From Thermoplasmatales archaeon (lineage in GTDB: Archaea > Thermoplasmatota > E2 > DHVEG-1): DNA of 64,000 nucleotides. How positions within the stretch are numbered: the stretch's first letter is position 1; each line of letters starts with the position of its first letter. The DNA lies in contig DAOVGR010000047.1 in the NCBI GenBank assembly GCA_030672305.1, positions 17 to 64,016 on the forward strand. Reading direction: 5' to 3'. The position numbers were made by a program, and so were the translations under genes. Shown here one piece after another: positions 37,761 to 47,906 of this stretch. Under the pieces are notes generated by a model. That model saw only the letters and a list, made by a program, of their open reading frames with translations. It did no database searches and had not been told where the DNA came from.

Positions 37761-38441
37761 GTGACTGAAATCTTTGTTGGTACATCTGGTTGGTCTTATG
37801 ACTGGAATCTTGGAAAATCTTTAGAATGGTATACAACAAATTCAGACCTTAATGCTATTGAATTAAACATGAGTTATTATCGGTTCCCTTATCCAAATAT
37901 GGTAAAAGCATGGGCAAAAAAAGGGTCAAATCTTGCATGGATAATCAAAGCTCATCGTTTGATTACTCATTTAAAAAAACTGAATAAAGAAACCTATTCA
38001 ATTTTTGAAAGATTTAGAAAACTCTTTTCACCATTGGAAGAAAGTATACACTATTATCTTCTTCAATTTCCACCGAAATTTACAGATTTAGATAAAATCG
38101 AAAAGTTCCTCGATAATTGTGGTAATGAAAAAATATCAATTGAATTTCGTAATACTTCAATGTTTACTGATGAAATTATTGATTGGGGAAAAAAACAAGG
38201 TGTTTTGCTTGTAAGTATAGATGCACCAAAACTTCCTAATAAAATTATGAGCAAAGATATAATTTATGAAAGGATTCATGGTAGAACAGATTGGTATTCA
38301 CATAATTATAGTGATGAAGAACTATTAGAAATAAAACAAAGAATAATTTGTTCTAAACCTAAAAAAGTATATATATTTTTTAATAACAATCATATGATGT
38401 TAGAAAATGCAATAAGAATGTATAATCTTCAAAAATCTTAG
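37761..38441 (+). CDS. DUF72 (UPF0759) family protein
   Basis: VGTSGWSYDWN...YYRFPYP signature; GTG start. Confidence 0.7.
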   Translation: MTEIFVGTSGWSYDWNLGKSLEWYTTNSDLNAIELNMSYYRFPYPNMVKAWAKKGSNLAWIIKAHRLITHLKKLNKETYSIFERFRKLFSPLEESIHYYLLQFPPKFTDLDKIEKFLDNCGNEKISIEFRNTSMFTDEIIDWGKKQGVLLVSIDAPKLPNKIMSKDIIYERIHGRTDWYSHNYSDEELLEIKQRIICSKPKKVYIFFNNNHMMLENAIRMYNLQKS

Positions 38442-39451
38442 TGGTAAAAATGAAGGACTATCTAATACTAATTCGCCCTTATGGTATGCTATTTCTAGGT
38501 TTTACACTCGTTTTTGGTGCAATTGCCAATGGTGAATTCAATTTTTTTCATTTAACATTACTTCTTATAATGGGTTTATTTGCTCATATATTTACATTTG
38601 TCCAAAATGATTATTATGATGTTGCAACTGATAGCAAATCAAGTTATGTATCAAATAGACCCCTAGTTAAAGGAAGTATCACTCAAAAAAAGGCATTTGT
38701 AATATTTTTTGCTTCTTTTTTAATATCATCATTAATTGCCATTGTCTTCTTATTTAGCTACTACTCATTTGCTTTATTATTGCTTTCTTTTTTATTTATT
38801 ACACTTTACAATAAATATAGTAAAAAATTCTTTGGAATGGAATATATACTAGGCATGGGAGTATTTACTTATGGCATATTTGGAGCATTGACTGTTTCAA
38901 ATATTATTTCCAATCTTGCAATAATCGTTTCATTTTTTGGGTTTATGCAGTGGTTGTTTAGTGTTGGTGTATCTGCAAACCTAAAAGATGTTGAATATGA
39001 TAGTAAACTTGGTATCAAAACCACACCTACGAAATTTGGAGTAAAAGCATCAAAAGAGGAATTAATCATACCTCTATCATTTAAAATGTATGCAGTTGGA
39101 ATTAAAATAATACATCTAGTAATTGCAGCATTACCCTTACTTTTTGGATATACCTCAATATTTGTTTATAACCACCCAATACCAGGATTTTTTTTCCTGG
39201 TAATATCTATAATAGTGCTTTATTTTACAATAAAAATTTTAACAACACCAATAAAAGAACGAGAAAAAATGCTAATTTATGTGGGATTACAAGAGGGACT
39301 AGCACTACTTTTACTTCCTATTTTACTAATGAGTATTCTAATAGATAAGTTTGGAATAATTCAAACATTTTTACTTGTGATATTATTCATTTTTTGGCCT
39401 TTATTTTGGTTCAGAATACTATATGGTAAAAAAATGATACCTTTAGAATAA
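38441..39451 (+). CDS. UbiA-family prenyltransferase (DGGGP-synthase-like)
   Basis: NDYYDVATDSKSSYVSNRPLVKG (first Asp-rich motif) and DVEYDSKLGIKT (second motif), with ~8-9 TM helices. The exact substrate cannot be determined from sequence alone. Confidence 0.7.
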   Translation: MVKMKDYLILIRPYGMLFLGFTLVFGAIANGEFNFFHLTLLLIMGLFAHIFTFVQNDYYDVATDSKSSYVSNRPLVKGSITQKKAFVIFFASFLISSLIAIVFLFSYYSFALLLLSFLFITLYNKYSKKFFGMEYILGMGVFTYGIFGALTVSNIISNLAIIVSFFGFMQWLFSVGVSANLKDVEYDSKLGIKTTPTKFGVKASKEELIIPLSFKMYAVGIKIIHLVIAALPLLFGYTSIFVYNHPIPGFFFLVISIIVLYFTIKILTTPIKEREKMLIYVGLQEGLALLLLPILLMSILIDKFGIIQTFLLVILFIFWPLFWFRILYGKKMIPLE

Positions 39452-39453
39452 TT

Positions 39454-40026
39454 CTATTTTTCACAAATTTTTACAAAATTCCTAAAGATTTGTTCACCAT
39501 ACTCAGTATGCTCAACTTCAGGATGAAACTGTAGTCCATAAAATGGTTTTTCCTTGTGTTTCATTGCTTGTGTCTTACAATTTTCACTATCAGCAAGTAA
39601 ATAAAAATTATCTGGAATCTTTTCTACTTCATCATTGTGAGATTCCCAAACAATAGATTTTTCAGGAACTTTTGTAAACAACTCATTTTCTTTTATAATT
39701 GTTAGTTCAATTTTACCAAATTCTGGTAGTTTGGATGGTTTTACTTCCCCGCCGAAAAACCTTGCCATGAATTGATGACCTGCACAAATCCCTAGAGCTG
39801 GAAAATTAGCCTTTTCAAGATATTCTGCACAATTTCCGAGATCACCTTCTAGCCCTATTCTTGGAGCACCACCGGATAAAACTAGACCATCAATATTTTC
39901 TTCTACCAAATCATTAAATGGCGTAGTATTTGCAACAATTTTTGTATTAACATCAAGGTCTCTTAACCTTCTCCATTCTCTATGAGTCCACTGTCCCCCA
40001 TTGTCAACAACAAATATTTTTACCAT
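39454..40026 (-). CDS. guaA: GMP synthase, glutamine amidotransferase subunit
   Basis: VVDNGGQWTH, the nucleophile context GICAGHQ, and QFHPE. ATG 40026 (MVKIFVVDN) is preferred over 40041. Confidence 0.88.
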   Translation of the reverse strand: MVKIFVVDNGGQWTHREWRRLRDLDVNTKIVANTTPFNDLVEENIDGLVLSGGAPRIGLEGDLGNCAEYLEKANFPALGICAGHQFMARFFGGEVKPSKLPEFGKIELTIIKENELFTKVPEKSIVWESHNDEVEKIPDNFYLLADSENCKTQAMKHKEKPFYGLQFHPEVEHTEYGEQIFRNFVKICEK

Positions 40027-40027
40027 T

Positions 40028-40975
40028 TTATTCCCATTCAACAGTACTTGGAGGTTTATTTGTTATATCATAAACAACTCTATTTACTTTATCTTTCAAG
40101 GTATTTGTAATACGAGTAGAAATACAATCGATAACCTCATTAGGAATTTTACTAAAAGCACATGTCATTGCATCTATACTATGAACTGCTCTAACTGCTA
40201 TTACATATCCATAGGCTCTTTTATCACCATGAACGCCAACAGATTTGACTGGAAGAAGAACAGCAAAATACTGCCATGGCATCTCCATTCGTTTTTTTTC
40301 TACTGCTTCTTCAATTTCTTTCTCAACTATATCACATGCTTCTCTGACAATCTCAGTTCTTTCTGGTGTTGCCTCACCAATAATTCTTATAGCAAGTCCA
40401 GGACCCGGAAAGGGTTGACGTTCAGAAACTGACAAATCAAGAACTCTAGCAACCTTTCTAACCTCGTCTTTATAAAGATCACGAAGAGGCTCAATAAGGT
40501 TTAACTTCATAACTTCAGGAAGACCACCAACATTATGATGGGACTTTATTGTATCTCTAAGTGCTCCACCAGATTCAATCCAATCAGGTGCAATAGTTCC
40601 CTGCACAAGAAATTTAATATTCTCATCTTCGGCAACTTTTTCAAAAATTCTAATGAATTTTTCTCCAATAATTTTCCGTTTTTTCTCAGGATCTTCAACA
40701 TTTTTCAATTCAGAAAAGAATTCCTTACCCGCATCTATAAAGCGGTAATTAAGTCCGATTTCTTCCATTAATTTTTTTACATTTACTGACTCATTTTTTC
40801 GCATGTACCCTGTATCAACATGAACAGCAATGAGTCTATCTCCAATAGCCTTATTTACGAGTGCAGCACAAACAGTACTATCGACTCCTCCAGAAAAAGC
40901 AATTAATGCTTTTCCGGTGATTTCATTTTTAAGTTTTGCAATGGTTTCTTTTATAAATTTCTCAGCATTGAACAT
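40028..40975 (-). CDS. guaA: GMP synthase, ATP pyrophosphatase subunit
   Basis: PP-loop AFSGGVDSTV, plus HHNVGGLP and FPGPGLAIR. Confidence 0.9.
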   Translation of the reverse strand: MFNAEKFIKETIAKLKNEITGKALIAFSGGVDSTVCAALVNKAIGDRLIAVHVDTGYMRKNESVNVKKLMEEIGLNYRFIDAGKEFFSELKNVEDPEKKRKIIGEKFIRIFEKVAEDENIKFLVQGTIAPDWIESGGALRDTIKSHHNVGGLPEVMKLNLIEPLRDLYKDEVRKVARVLDLSVSERQPFPGPGLAIRIIGEATPERTEIVREACDIVEKEIEEAVEKKRMEMPWQYFAVLLPVKSVGVHGDKRAYGYVIAVRAVHSIDAMTCAFSKIPNEVIDCISTRITNTLKDKVNRVVYDITNKPPSTVEWE

Positions 40976-40984
40976 TTTTTCTCT

Positions 40985-41440
40985 TTATTTTTTAATAATC
41001 TTATCTCTCATTCTTTTTCTATAATCTTTAATTTTTTTTGTTAAATTTTTATCTTTTATTGATAGAATTTCTATGGCAAAAAGAGCAGCATTATCCCCTC
41101 TGTCAAGACCAACTGCACCAACTGGTATACCTGGTGGCATTTGAACAATTGAAAGTATTGCATCAAAATTTACCTTACCACTAACAGGTACTCCTATAAC
41201 AGGCTTTGTAGTATGGGCCGCGATACTTCCTGGTAATGCTGCAGAAAGCCCAGCAACTCCAATGAAAACATCAGCATCACTTTTTTCAATAATTTCCTTT
41301 AAGTAATCAGGAGTTCTATGTGCTGATGCAACTTTAATAATGTAATTTACATCAAATTCATCGAGTATCTTTTTTGCTTTATCAGCAACTGGCATATCAG
41401 ATTCGGACCCAAGAATTATCTGAATTTTCATATCTATCAA
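40985..41440 (-). CDS. purE: N5-carboxyaminoimidazole ribonucleotide mutase (PurE)
   Basis: [30 protein letters not shown] and GVPV motifs. Confidence 0.88.
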   Translation of the reverse strand: MIDMKIQIILGSESDMPVADKAKKILDEFDVNYIIKVASAHRTPDYLKEIIEKSDADVFIGVAGLSAALPGSIAAHTTKPVIGVPVSGKVNFDAILSIVQMPPGIPVGAVGLDRGDNAALFAIEILSIKDKNLTKKIKDYRKRMRDKIIKK

Positions 41441-41554
41441 ACCTGGGAATGGACATTTATTAGTTAATAGTTTCGACCTTACTCAATTCAATAAATTTAA
41501 ACTAAAATTATATATAATGATATTTTTTATTAAGTTTAAAAAAATTCAAATATA

Positions 41555-42326
41555 GTGGTAACTATGACAGAAAATGAAGATCTTACATTTAGAAGATTCA
41601 GAATATTCAATGCAATAATGGGTGGAGTTCATTTATTACAGGTTTTTTTAGTTTTATATCTTAGTAATAATTTTTCATTACCGCTAACAATTACAAAACC
41701 CGTATACAATGAAATAACAAATTTCAATTACCCCTGTTTCTGAAACTCTTTTTTCAATTAGAGTTGGCCCCTTAGTGGCAATGTTTCTTTTTATTTCAGC
41801 AGTAGCACATATATTGATAGCAACTGTTCTTTACTATCGGTATGTTCAGAATTTAAAAAATCATACGAATCCCTATAGATGGTTTGAATATTCCATTAGC
41901 GCTTCTTTTATGATAGTAATTATTGCTATGTTGACTACCATTTATGATATTGGTACACTGCTTGCTCTATTTACATTAACAGCTGTTATGAATCTTATGG
42001 GACTCATGATGGAAATACATAATCAAACAACACAAAATACAAATTGGACATCATATGCCATTGGATGTATTGCAGGATTAGTTCCATGGGTTGTAATATT
42101 CATACCATTAATCTCAGCTGAATCAGTACCTGATTTTGTAATATACATATTTGTTTCAATTGCGATATTTTTTAATTGCTTTGCAATTAATATGTACTTA
42201 CAATACAAGAAAATCGGAAAATGGAAAAACTATCTTCATGGAGAAAAAGTATACATCATTTTAAGTCTTGTAGCAAAATCAGCTCTGGCATGGCAAGTAT
42301 TTGCAGGAACATTAAGACCAATGTAA
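41555..42326 (+). pseudogene. Heliorhodopsin, split into two ORFs by a +1 frameshift (one extra base)
   Basis: ORF 41555-41743 (FRRFRIFNAIMGGVHLLQ...LSNNFSLPLT) and ORF 41775-42326 (RWFEYSISASFMIVIIA ... YLQYKKIGKWKNYLHGEKVYIILSLVAKSALAWQVFAGTLRP) together match heliorhodopsin end to end. The second frame is already open from 41718. Removing one C from the CCCC run at 41731-41734 gives the continuous reading NFNYPVSETLFSIRVGPLVAM. Confidence 0.85.
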
Positions 42327-42440
42327 AAATGTTTATATATTTAAGATAATAATAAAATTGTAAACATTTTGTTATTTACTCGTCGTAAAATAATTATATG
42401 AGATTCCTATGTTCAGTTCAAATTAAAAATTGGAATATAA

Positions 42441-44465
42441 ATGAAACTAATCATTTGTGAAAAAAATATTGCAGCCAAGCGAATTGCATACATTTTATCT
42501 GGTGGAAAATCTACAACCACCAGACTAGGAACCACTCCCGTATATGAATTTAAAAAGGATGATGAGATCTGGAAAATTGTTGGTTTAAGAGGACATATCA
42601 TAAATCTCGATTTCCCTGCTGGATTTAATCAATGGAAAATGGTTTCTCCAGTTGACTTAATTCCGGTAGAACCATGTAAAATTGTAAGTGAAAAAAGTAT
42701 TGCTTCAGCATTGAAATCACTTGTCGATAAAAATCCATTTTTAATTGTAGCAACTGATTATGATAGAGAAGGGGAGCTAATCGGTGTCGAGGTAATTAAT
42801 CTCATTAAGGGTTATAATAAAGAAATAAATTTAATAAAAAGAGCAAAATTTAGTGCAATTACAAATCAAGAGATTAGATCTGCTTTTGATAAACTTTCAG
42901 AAATTGATTATAACCTCTCAAATGCAGGAGAGTCCCGTCAAATTATTGATCTGATTTGGGGTGCTGTTCTGACTCGTTTTATATCTTTGACTTCTCAAAG
43001 ACTTGGAAAAGAATTTCTTTCTATTGGAAGGGTTCAGTCGCCAACCCTTGCTCTTCTTGTAAAAAGAGAAAAAGAAATTAAAAATTTTGAACCTAAGACG
43101 TTTTGGAAGATTATAGCAACTCTGAAAAAACAGCAGTCATTTAATGCAGACCATAATAAAGGTCAGTTTTGGGATGAAAATCAAGTAAATGAAATCTTTT
43201 CAAAGATAAAATCCAGTAAAAATGCAACAATAAAAAAAGTTGATAAGAAAATCTTAAAAGAGTATCCACCCGCTCCATTTAATACAACTTCATTTTTAGA
43301 GTCTGCAACTCATCTCGGTTTTTCTGCAGCAAAAGCAATGAGTATTGCTGAAGAGCTTTACATGAATGGTATTATTTCATATCCGCGAACAGATAATACA
43401 GTTTATCCACATTCATTAAACATCAAAGGGATTTTACAGAAACTTACTAACTCTCAATTTTCAAAAGAAGCAAATGAAGTTTTAAGCAACGGTAGGTCTA
43501 GCCCAACTCGTGGAAAAAAAATGACCACAGATCATCCGCCAATTCATCCTGTTGGTGTTCCAATAAATGTTAATCTTAGCACTGATCATCAAAGGATTTA
43601 TGAACTCATTTGTAGAAGGTTTTTGGCAACATTGGCAAAGGATGCTATTTCAGAAAGTGTTAATCTTTCTATTGATATTTCTGGTGAAGAATTTCTTGCA
43701 AGTGGTTATAAAATTCTTGAACCAAACTGGAGAAATATCTATACATACTTCAAAGAAAAAAGAAAACCACTTCCTGAACTAATTGAAGGGGAAAGATTAG
43801 AAGTTATAAAAATTATTTTAAAAGAGGATCAAACGAAACCTCCTAAGAGATATACTCAGGGTTCTTTAATTACTAAAATGGAGCAGCTTTTACTTGGTAC
43901 GAAATCAACACGTCATGAAATTATTAACAAATTATTCCTGAGAAAATATATTACTTTGTCTCCTCTTGCTCCAACTCCTATAGCTATTGCAGTAATTGAT
44001 GCTTTAGAAGATTGTGATGTTGTTAAACCACAAATGACTGCAACCCTTGAGACAGATATGGACCTTATTTCAGAGGGTAAAAAGACTTTGGATGAAACCG
44101 TTAATGAATCACGAAAGATGCTTACAAGTGTTATGAATACACTTGAAAAGGACAAAGAAAAAATAAAAATCAGTATAAAAGAAGCTCAATTGAAACAAAA
44201 TACTGTTGGAAAATGTACTAAATGCGACAAACCAATGATTATAAGAATTTCAAGGAATAATAAAAGATTCGTTGGTTGTACTGGTTTTCCAGATTGTAAA
44301 AATACTTATTCTCTTCCCCAAAAAGGAAATATTGTTGTTACTGAAAAAGTGTGTGAAGAGTGTAATGCACCCATTGTTAAAATCAAATCAAAAGATAAAA
44401 GAGCTTGGGAACTTTGTATTAACAATGAATGCTCTGCTAAAAAACCTTCTTACAAAAAAGGATAA
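42441..44465 (+). CDS. topA: DNA topoisomerase I (type IA) with C-terminal zinc ribbons
   Basis: Toprim motifs LIICEK and TDYDREGE. Catalytic Tyr context GIISYPRTDN. Zinc-ribbon Cys4 motifs CTKCDKPM...CTGFPDC and CEECNAPI...CINNEC. Confidence 0.9.
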   Translation: MKLIICEKNIAAKRIAYILSGGKSTTTRLGTTPVYEFKKDDEIWKIVGLRGHIINLDFPAGFNQWKMVSPVDLIPVEPCKIVSEKSIASALKSLVDKNPFLIVATDYDREGELIGVEVINLIKGYNKEINLIKRAKFSAITNQEIRSAFDKLSEIDYNLSNAGESRQIIDLIWGAVLTRFISLTSQRLGKEFLSIGRVQSPTLALLVKREKEIKNFEPKTFWKIIATLKKQQSFNADHNKGQFWDENQVNEIFSKIKSSKNATIKKVDKKILKEYPPAPFNTTSFLESATHLGFSAAKAMSIAEELYMNGIISYPRTDNTVYPHSLNIKGILQKLTNSQFSKEANEVLSNGRSSPTRGKKMTTDHPPIHPVGVPINVNLSTDHQRIYELICRRFLATLAKDAISESVNLSIDISGEEFLASGYKILEPNWRNIYTYFKEKRKPLPELIEGERLEVIKIILKEDQTKPPKRYTQGSLITKMEQLLLGTKSTRHEIINKLFLRKYITLSPLAPTPIAIAVIDALEDCDVVKPQMTATLETDMDLISEGKKTLDETVNESRKMLTSVMNTLEKDKEKIKISIKEAQLKQNTVGKCTKCDKPMIIRISRNNKRFVGCTGFPDCKNTYSLPQKGNIVVTEKVCEECNAPIVKIKSKDKRAWELCINNECSAKKPSYKKG

Positions 44466-44541
44466 CAAAAAAACAACAAACTATTTATATACGTTTTATT
44501 AACATTATGGTTATATATAAATAGTAAAATAGGTGTGATTC

Positions 44542-46353
44542 ATGAAAAAATCAAAACTAAGAGTTATAATTGTTTTTTCTGTGATAACTTTTCTTATCCT
44601 AGGTTCTGTTGGATCTTTTGGAAGTTCCAATAATGAGAATAAAACATATCTGAAAACAAAAACTATGGTTAGAAATTCAGCAGTTTGTTTTAATACTTTT
44701 AATTCAGAGGATGAGCTAAATACTAAAAAATTAAACACTTTAGGTGATATTGGTTATAATTCTTATGATAATGTTGTCGTAACAAACTCTGCAGGTAACG
44801 AATCATATCCTTCTATGATTAGGGAAGGATATAATAGCCTTGTGGCATATGAATATGAAGATGATACTGAAACTTCTATTTATCTTAGATATTCAAGGGA
44901 TTATGGCCAGACTTGGTCTGGAGAATCTAGAATAATTGCAAAACTCGATGGGAATCCAATAGAGATAAACTCTCCAAGTTTAAGTATTGTACCTCTCAGT
45001 AATAGAGCATATGGTATGTATAAGTCACCTCTTAAAGATTCAGCAGTATTTGGATACTGTGATATTGGCAACATAGTAGATCCTACCAGTGTCATTACAT
45101 ATACTTTTGATTGGACAGGTTTTCCAGATCCAGAAGGCGCTCCAGGTATCACTTATGCATTTTGGGATTTTGAAACACCCCAAATAATTACTTATAAAAA
45201 TACTACCACTCCTTGGGTAATTGCTCTTACCGGAAGCACGAATTATACCTATGAAGGTGTAGGGGCATGCACAGATTCTCCAATGTTTTGCTTTCCAGAT
45301 TTACTCCAGCCTGATAAATATGTTACATTAACCTGGTACTCAGAAATAGAATATTGTAGTAATATTACACTCTCTAGAAATTATGGTGACTCAATTATTT
45401 ATGGTATTTGTGAAATTAATAATGGTTCTAATCAAGACTTGCTTTTCTTTAAAGGAAATCCTAAATCATGGTATGATGGAGATGATCTAAATAATCAAAC
45501 CTTAACTAGCTCCAGTAGCCTTACACATCCACATATAAATGTGACAAAAAATAACATCTTTATTGTTGCTGATTCAGATTCTGATGGTATTATTCTCTAT
45601 AATTCATCTGATAGTGGTAAATCTTGGTATCTAAAAGATGTCACTGCAGATATAATTCCTCCTAGTGCAAATCCAAATTACCCGATGATATATTCAAATG
45701 ATGTAAGTTTCTTGTGTACTTATATCGAGTCAGATAATATCTATTTGACTAGATCAACAAATGATGGCCTGAATTGGAGCGATCCAATTCAACTAAATAG
45801 CATAAATGACTCAGCTGTGGAAGAGTATCGATTTTCTGATTTAATAGATGAACACCACATTTTATGGACTGATAACAGGGAGGGAAATCATGATATTTAC
45901 TCAATTCTCCTTGATATTCCAGAAGTAGATCTATCTGTAATACCAGAAAGTGTTACCCTTGATACTGAGAATAAGAATGTACCTTTCTTACTTACGAAAA
46001 ACTGGATTGCTTTTACAATTAAAAACAATGGCAATATATCAGTTGAAAAAGTACCTGTAAATATTACATACACATGTATTAATAGTACTCCACAAAAAAC
46101 AGAATATAAGGTGACTATCTATTATCTACCCCCCGGTGGTGAAGAATCCTTTAGAAGACCTCTTTTCAGATTAACCCTTGGAGAATTTATAAATGCATTA
46201 CTAGACTATGCAGGAATACAAGAAATAACAGTAACAGTAGATCCAGATAATAAATATTCTGATCGCTACCCTCTGGATAACAGCTATTCCATATCTGTTA
46301 CTTATAAAGATATATTTCCCAGATTAGGATTTCTAGAGAATCTATTCTTATAA
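44542..46353 (+). CDS. Secreted BNR/Asp-box repeat (sialidase-fold) protein with C-terminal CARDB-like domain
   Basis: Signal peptide present. Asp-box motifs SRDYGQTWS, SSDSGKSWY and STNDGLNWS. The C-terminal KNNGNISVEKVPVNITY...ITVTVDPDNKYSDRYPLDNS resembles CARDB. Confidence 0.7.
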   Translation: MKKSKLRVIIVFSVITFLILGSVGSFGSSNNENKTYLKTKTMVRNSAVCFNTFNSEDELNTKKLNTLGDIGYNSYDNVVVTNSAGNESYPSMIREGYNSLVAYEYEDDTETSIYLRYSRDYGQTWSGESRIIAKLDGNPIEINSPSLSIVPLSNRAYGMYKSPLKDSAVFGYCDIGNIVDPTSVITYTFDWTGFPDPEGAPGITYAFWDFETPQIITYKNTTTPWVIALTGSTNYTYEGVGACTDSPMFCFPDLLQPDKYVTLTWYSEIEYCSNITLSRNYGDSIIYGICEINNGSNQDLLFFKGNPKSWYDGDDLNNQTLTSSSSLTHPHINVTKNNIFIVADSDSDGIILYNSSDSGKSWYLKDVTADIIPPSANPNYPMIYSNDVSFLCTYIESDNIYLTRSTNDGLNWSDPIQLNSINDSAVEEYRFSDLIDEHHILWTDNREGNHDIYSILLDIPEVDLSVIPESVTLDTENKNVPFLLTKNWIAFTIKNNGNISVEKVPVNITYTCINSTPQKTEYKVTIYYLPPGGEESFRRPLFRLTLGEFINALLDYAGIQEITVTVDPDNKYSDRYPLDNSYSISVTYKDIFPRLGFLENLFL

Positions 46354-47322
46354 TATTTTAAAATCTTTCAAATTCTCATATATCTTCTCTTCTGTAATAT
46401 AACCGGTTACATATTTTGAGGGTGTAACATCAAAAGCAGGATTTCTGACTTTTGTCCACTCAGGCATAATTGTATTTTCATTAATCTTTGTCAGTTCTTT
46501 TCTTTCACGTTCTTCTATTTTTATTTGACTTCCATCTTTTATTTTTTTATCAAAAGTGCTGATTGGTGCAGCGACATAGAACGGGATATTATTCTCATTT
46601 GCAATTACTGCTTTTTCATATGTGCCAATTTTATTTGCAAAATCACCATTTTTTGCAATCCTATCTGCACCAGTGATAACCATGTCGACATCACCATTTT
46701 TCATAAAATATCCAGCTGCATTATCAGCAATTACTACATGTGGAATTTTTTCTTCTTTAAGCTCCCAATCAGTAAGTAAACCTTGCAAACGAGGCCGGGT
46801 TTCATCAACATATACAAATATCTTTTTTCCTTTTCTATTAGCAATTCTAAATGGTGCTAGAGCTGTTCCATAATCGACGGTAGCAAGGGCACCAGCATTA
46901 CAATGTGTTAGAATTCTCATGTCATTTTTTATTATTTTTTCACCAGTCTTTCCAATTCTTCTACATCTATCAATAATATCTTCAACATAACCATTTGCTG
47001 CGTTTAATGCATCTTCATTATTTTTTATTTTATCTACCATATATTCAATTGCATAAAACAAATCATGAGCAGTTGGACGGGTTTTACGTAGTATTTCAGC
47101 TGTTTTACTAATGTTTTCTTTTCCTAGGACCATGCCATATACAGCAGCAGCACCAATAGCAGGTGCTCCACGAACAACCATCTCTTTTATTGCATATTCG
47201 CAATCTTCAACATTTTTTGCAGGAAAAATTTCAAACTTATAAGGTAATTTCCTTTGATCAATGAATTTTAATACTCCATTTTCGAACCATAATGATCTCC
47301 ATTCTTTGCCTCTAATCTTCAT
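46348..47322 (-). CDS. mtnA: Methylthioribose-1-phosphate isomerase-type eIF-2B family protein
   Basis: WFENGVLKFIDQRKLPYKFE...AIKEMVVRGAPAIGAAAVYG and HCNAGALATVDYGTAL motifs. Confidence 0.8.
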   Translation of the reverse strand: MKIRGKEWRSLWFENGVLKFIDQRKLPYKFEIFPAKNVEDCEYAIKEMVVRGAPAIGAAAVYGMVLGKENISKTAEILRKTRPTAHDLFYAIEYMVDKIKNNEDALNAANGYVEDIIDRCRRIGKTGEKIIKNDMRILTHCNAGALATVDYGTALAPFRIANRKGKKIFVYVDETRPRLQGLLTDWELKEEKIPHVVIADNAAGYFMKNGDVDMVITGADRIAKNGDFANKIGTYEKAVIANENNIPFYVAAPISTFDKKIKDGSQIKIEERERKELTKINENTIMPEWTKVRNPAFDVTPSKYVTGYITEEKIYENLKDFKIL

Positions 47323-47906
47323 TTTAACTCCTCACACGTTTTTACCACTGAATCTTCAACATCTTTCATACTAGTTCCAACAAATATTAATCCCTGATTT
47401 TTAATTACTACTTTTTTACTATCCCGAAGTTTACGCAGTATTCCTTTTGCTTGCTCAAGGGTCCCAATTGGATATTCTTTTTCAGTTATTGGTAGTTTCT
47501 TTTCAAATTGTCCAACTAATTGCTCACTATCGATTTGAATTATTGCTTTAACTTCATCTCGTGCATGATGAATCAGCCAGTGAATTGGTGTATCTATTCG
47601 TGGTTCTTTAAGACCCATTACCAAAAGCACTTTCTTTAATGGATCATAATCCACAATCTCAAGAAAATCATCAGCTTTTATTTCACTAAAATCACTGTCT
47701 TTTGCATTAATTAAGATGCGTTTGCCATACTTCATACTTATAGAAATCTCAAAAATATCTTTTAATAAATCTATAGTTTTAAGCTTCTTACTAACTTTTA
47801 CAATCTCAGAAATTAGTGGGCAATTACAAGTTTCCTTTGAAACATAAAACGTTTGAAAACTATAATTAGGAAAGGTTTGCCGAATCATTATATCATTATA
47901 AAGCAC
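47319..47906 (-). CDS. Class II aldolase/adducin-like domain protein (divergent; canonical metal-binding His residues not evident)
   Basis: PRIDTPIHWLIHHARDEVKAIIQIDSE aligns with the aldolase-II segment that normally reads ...AViHtH... Here the sequence is IIQID. The gene overlaps mtnA by 4 nt. Confidence 0.45.
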   Translation of the reverse strand: MLYNDIMIRQTFPNYSFQTFYVSKETCNCPLISEIVKVSKKLKTIDLLKDIFEISISMKYGKRILINAKDSDFSEIKADDFLEIVDYDPLKKVLLVMGLKEPRIDTPIHWLIHHARDEVKAIIQIDSEQLVGQFEKKLPITEKEYPIGTLEQAKGILRKLRDSKKVVIKNQGLIFVGTSMKDVEDSVVKTCEELK

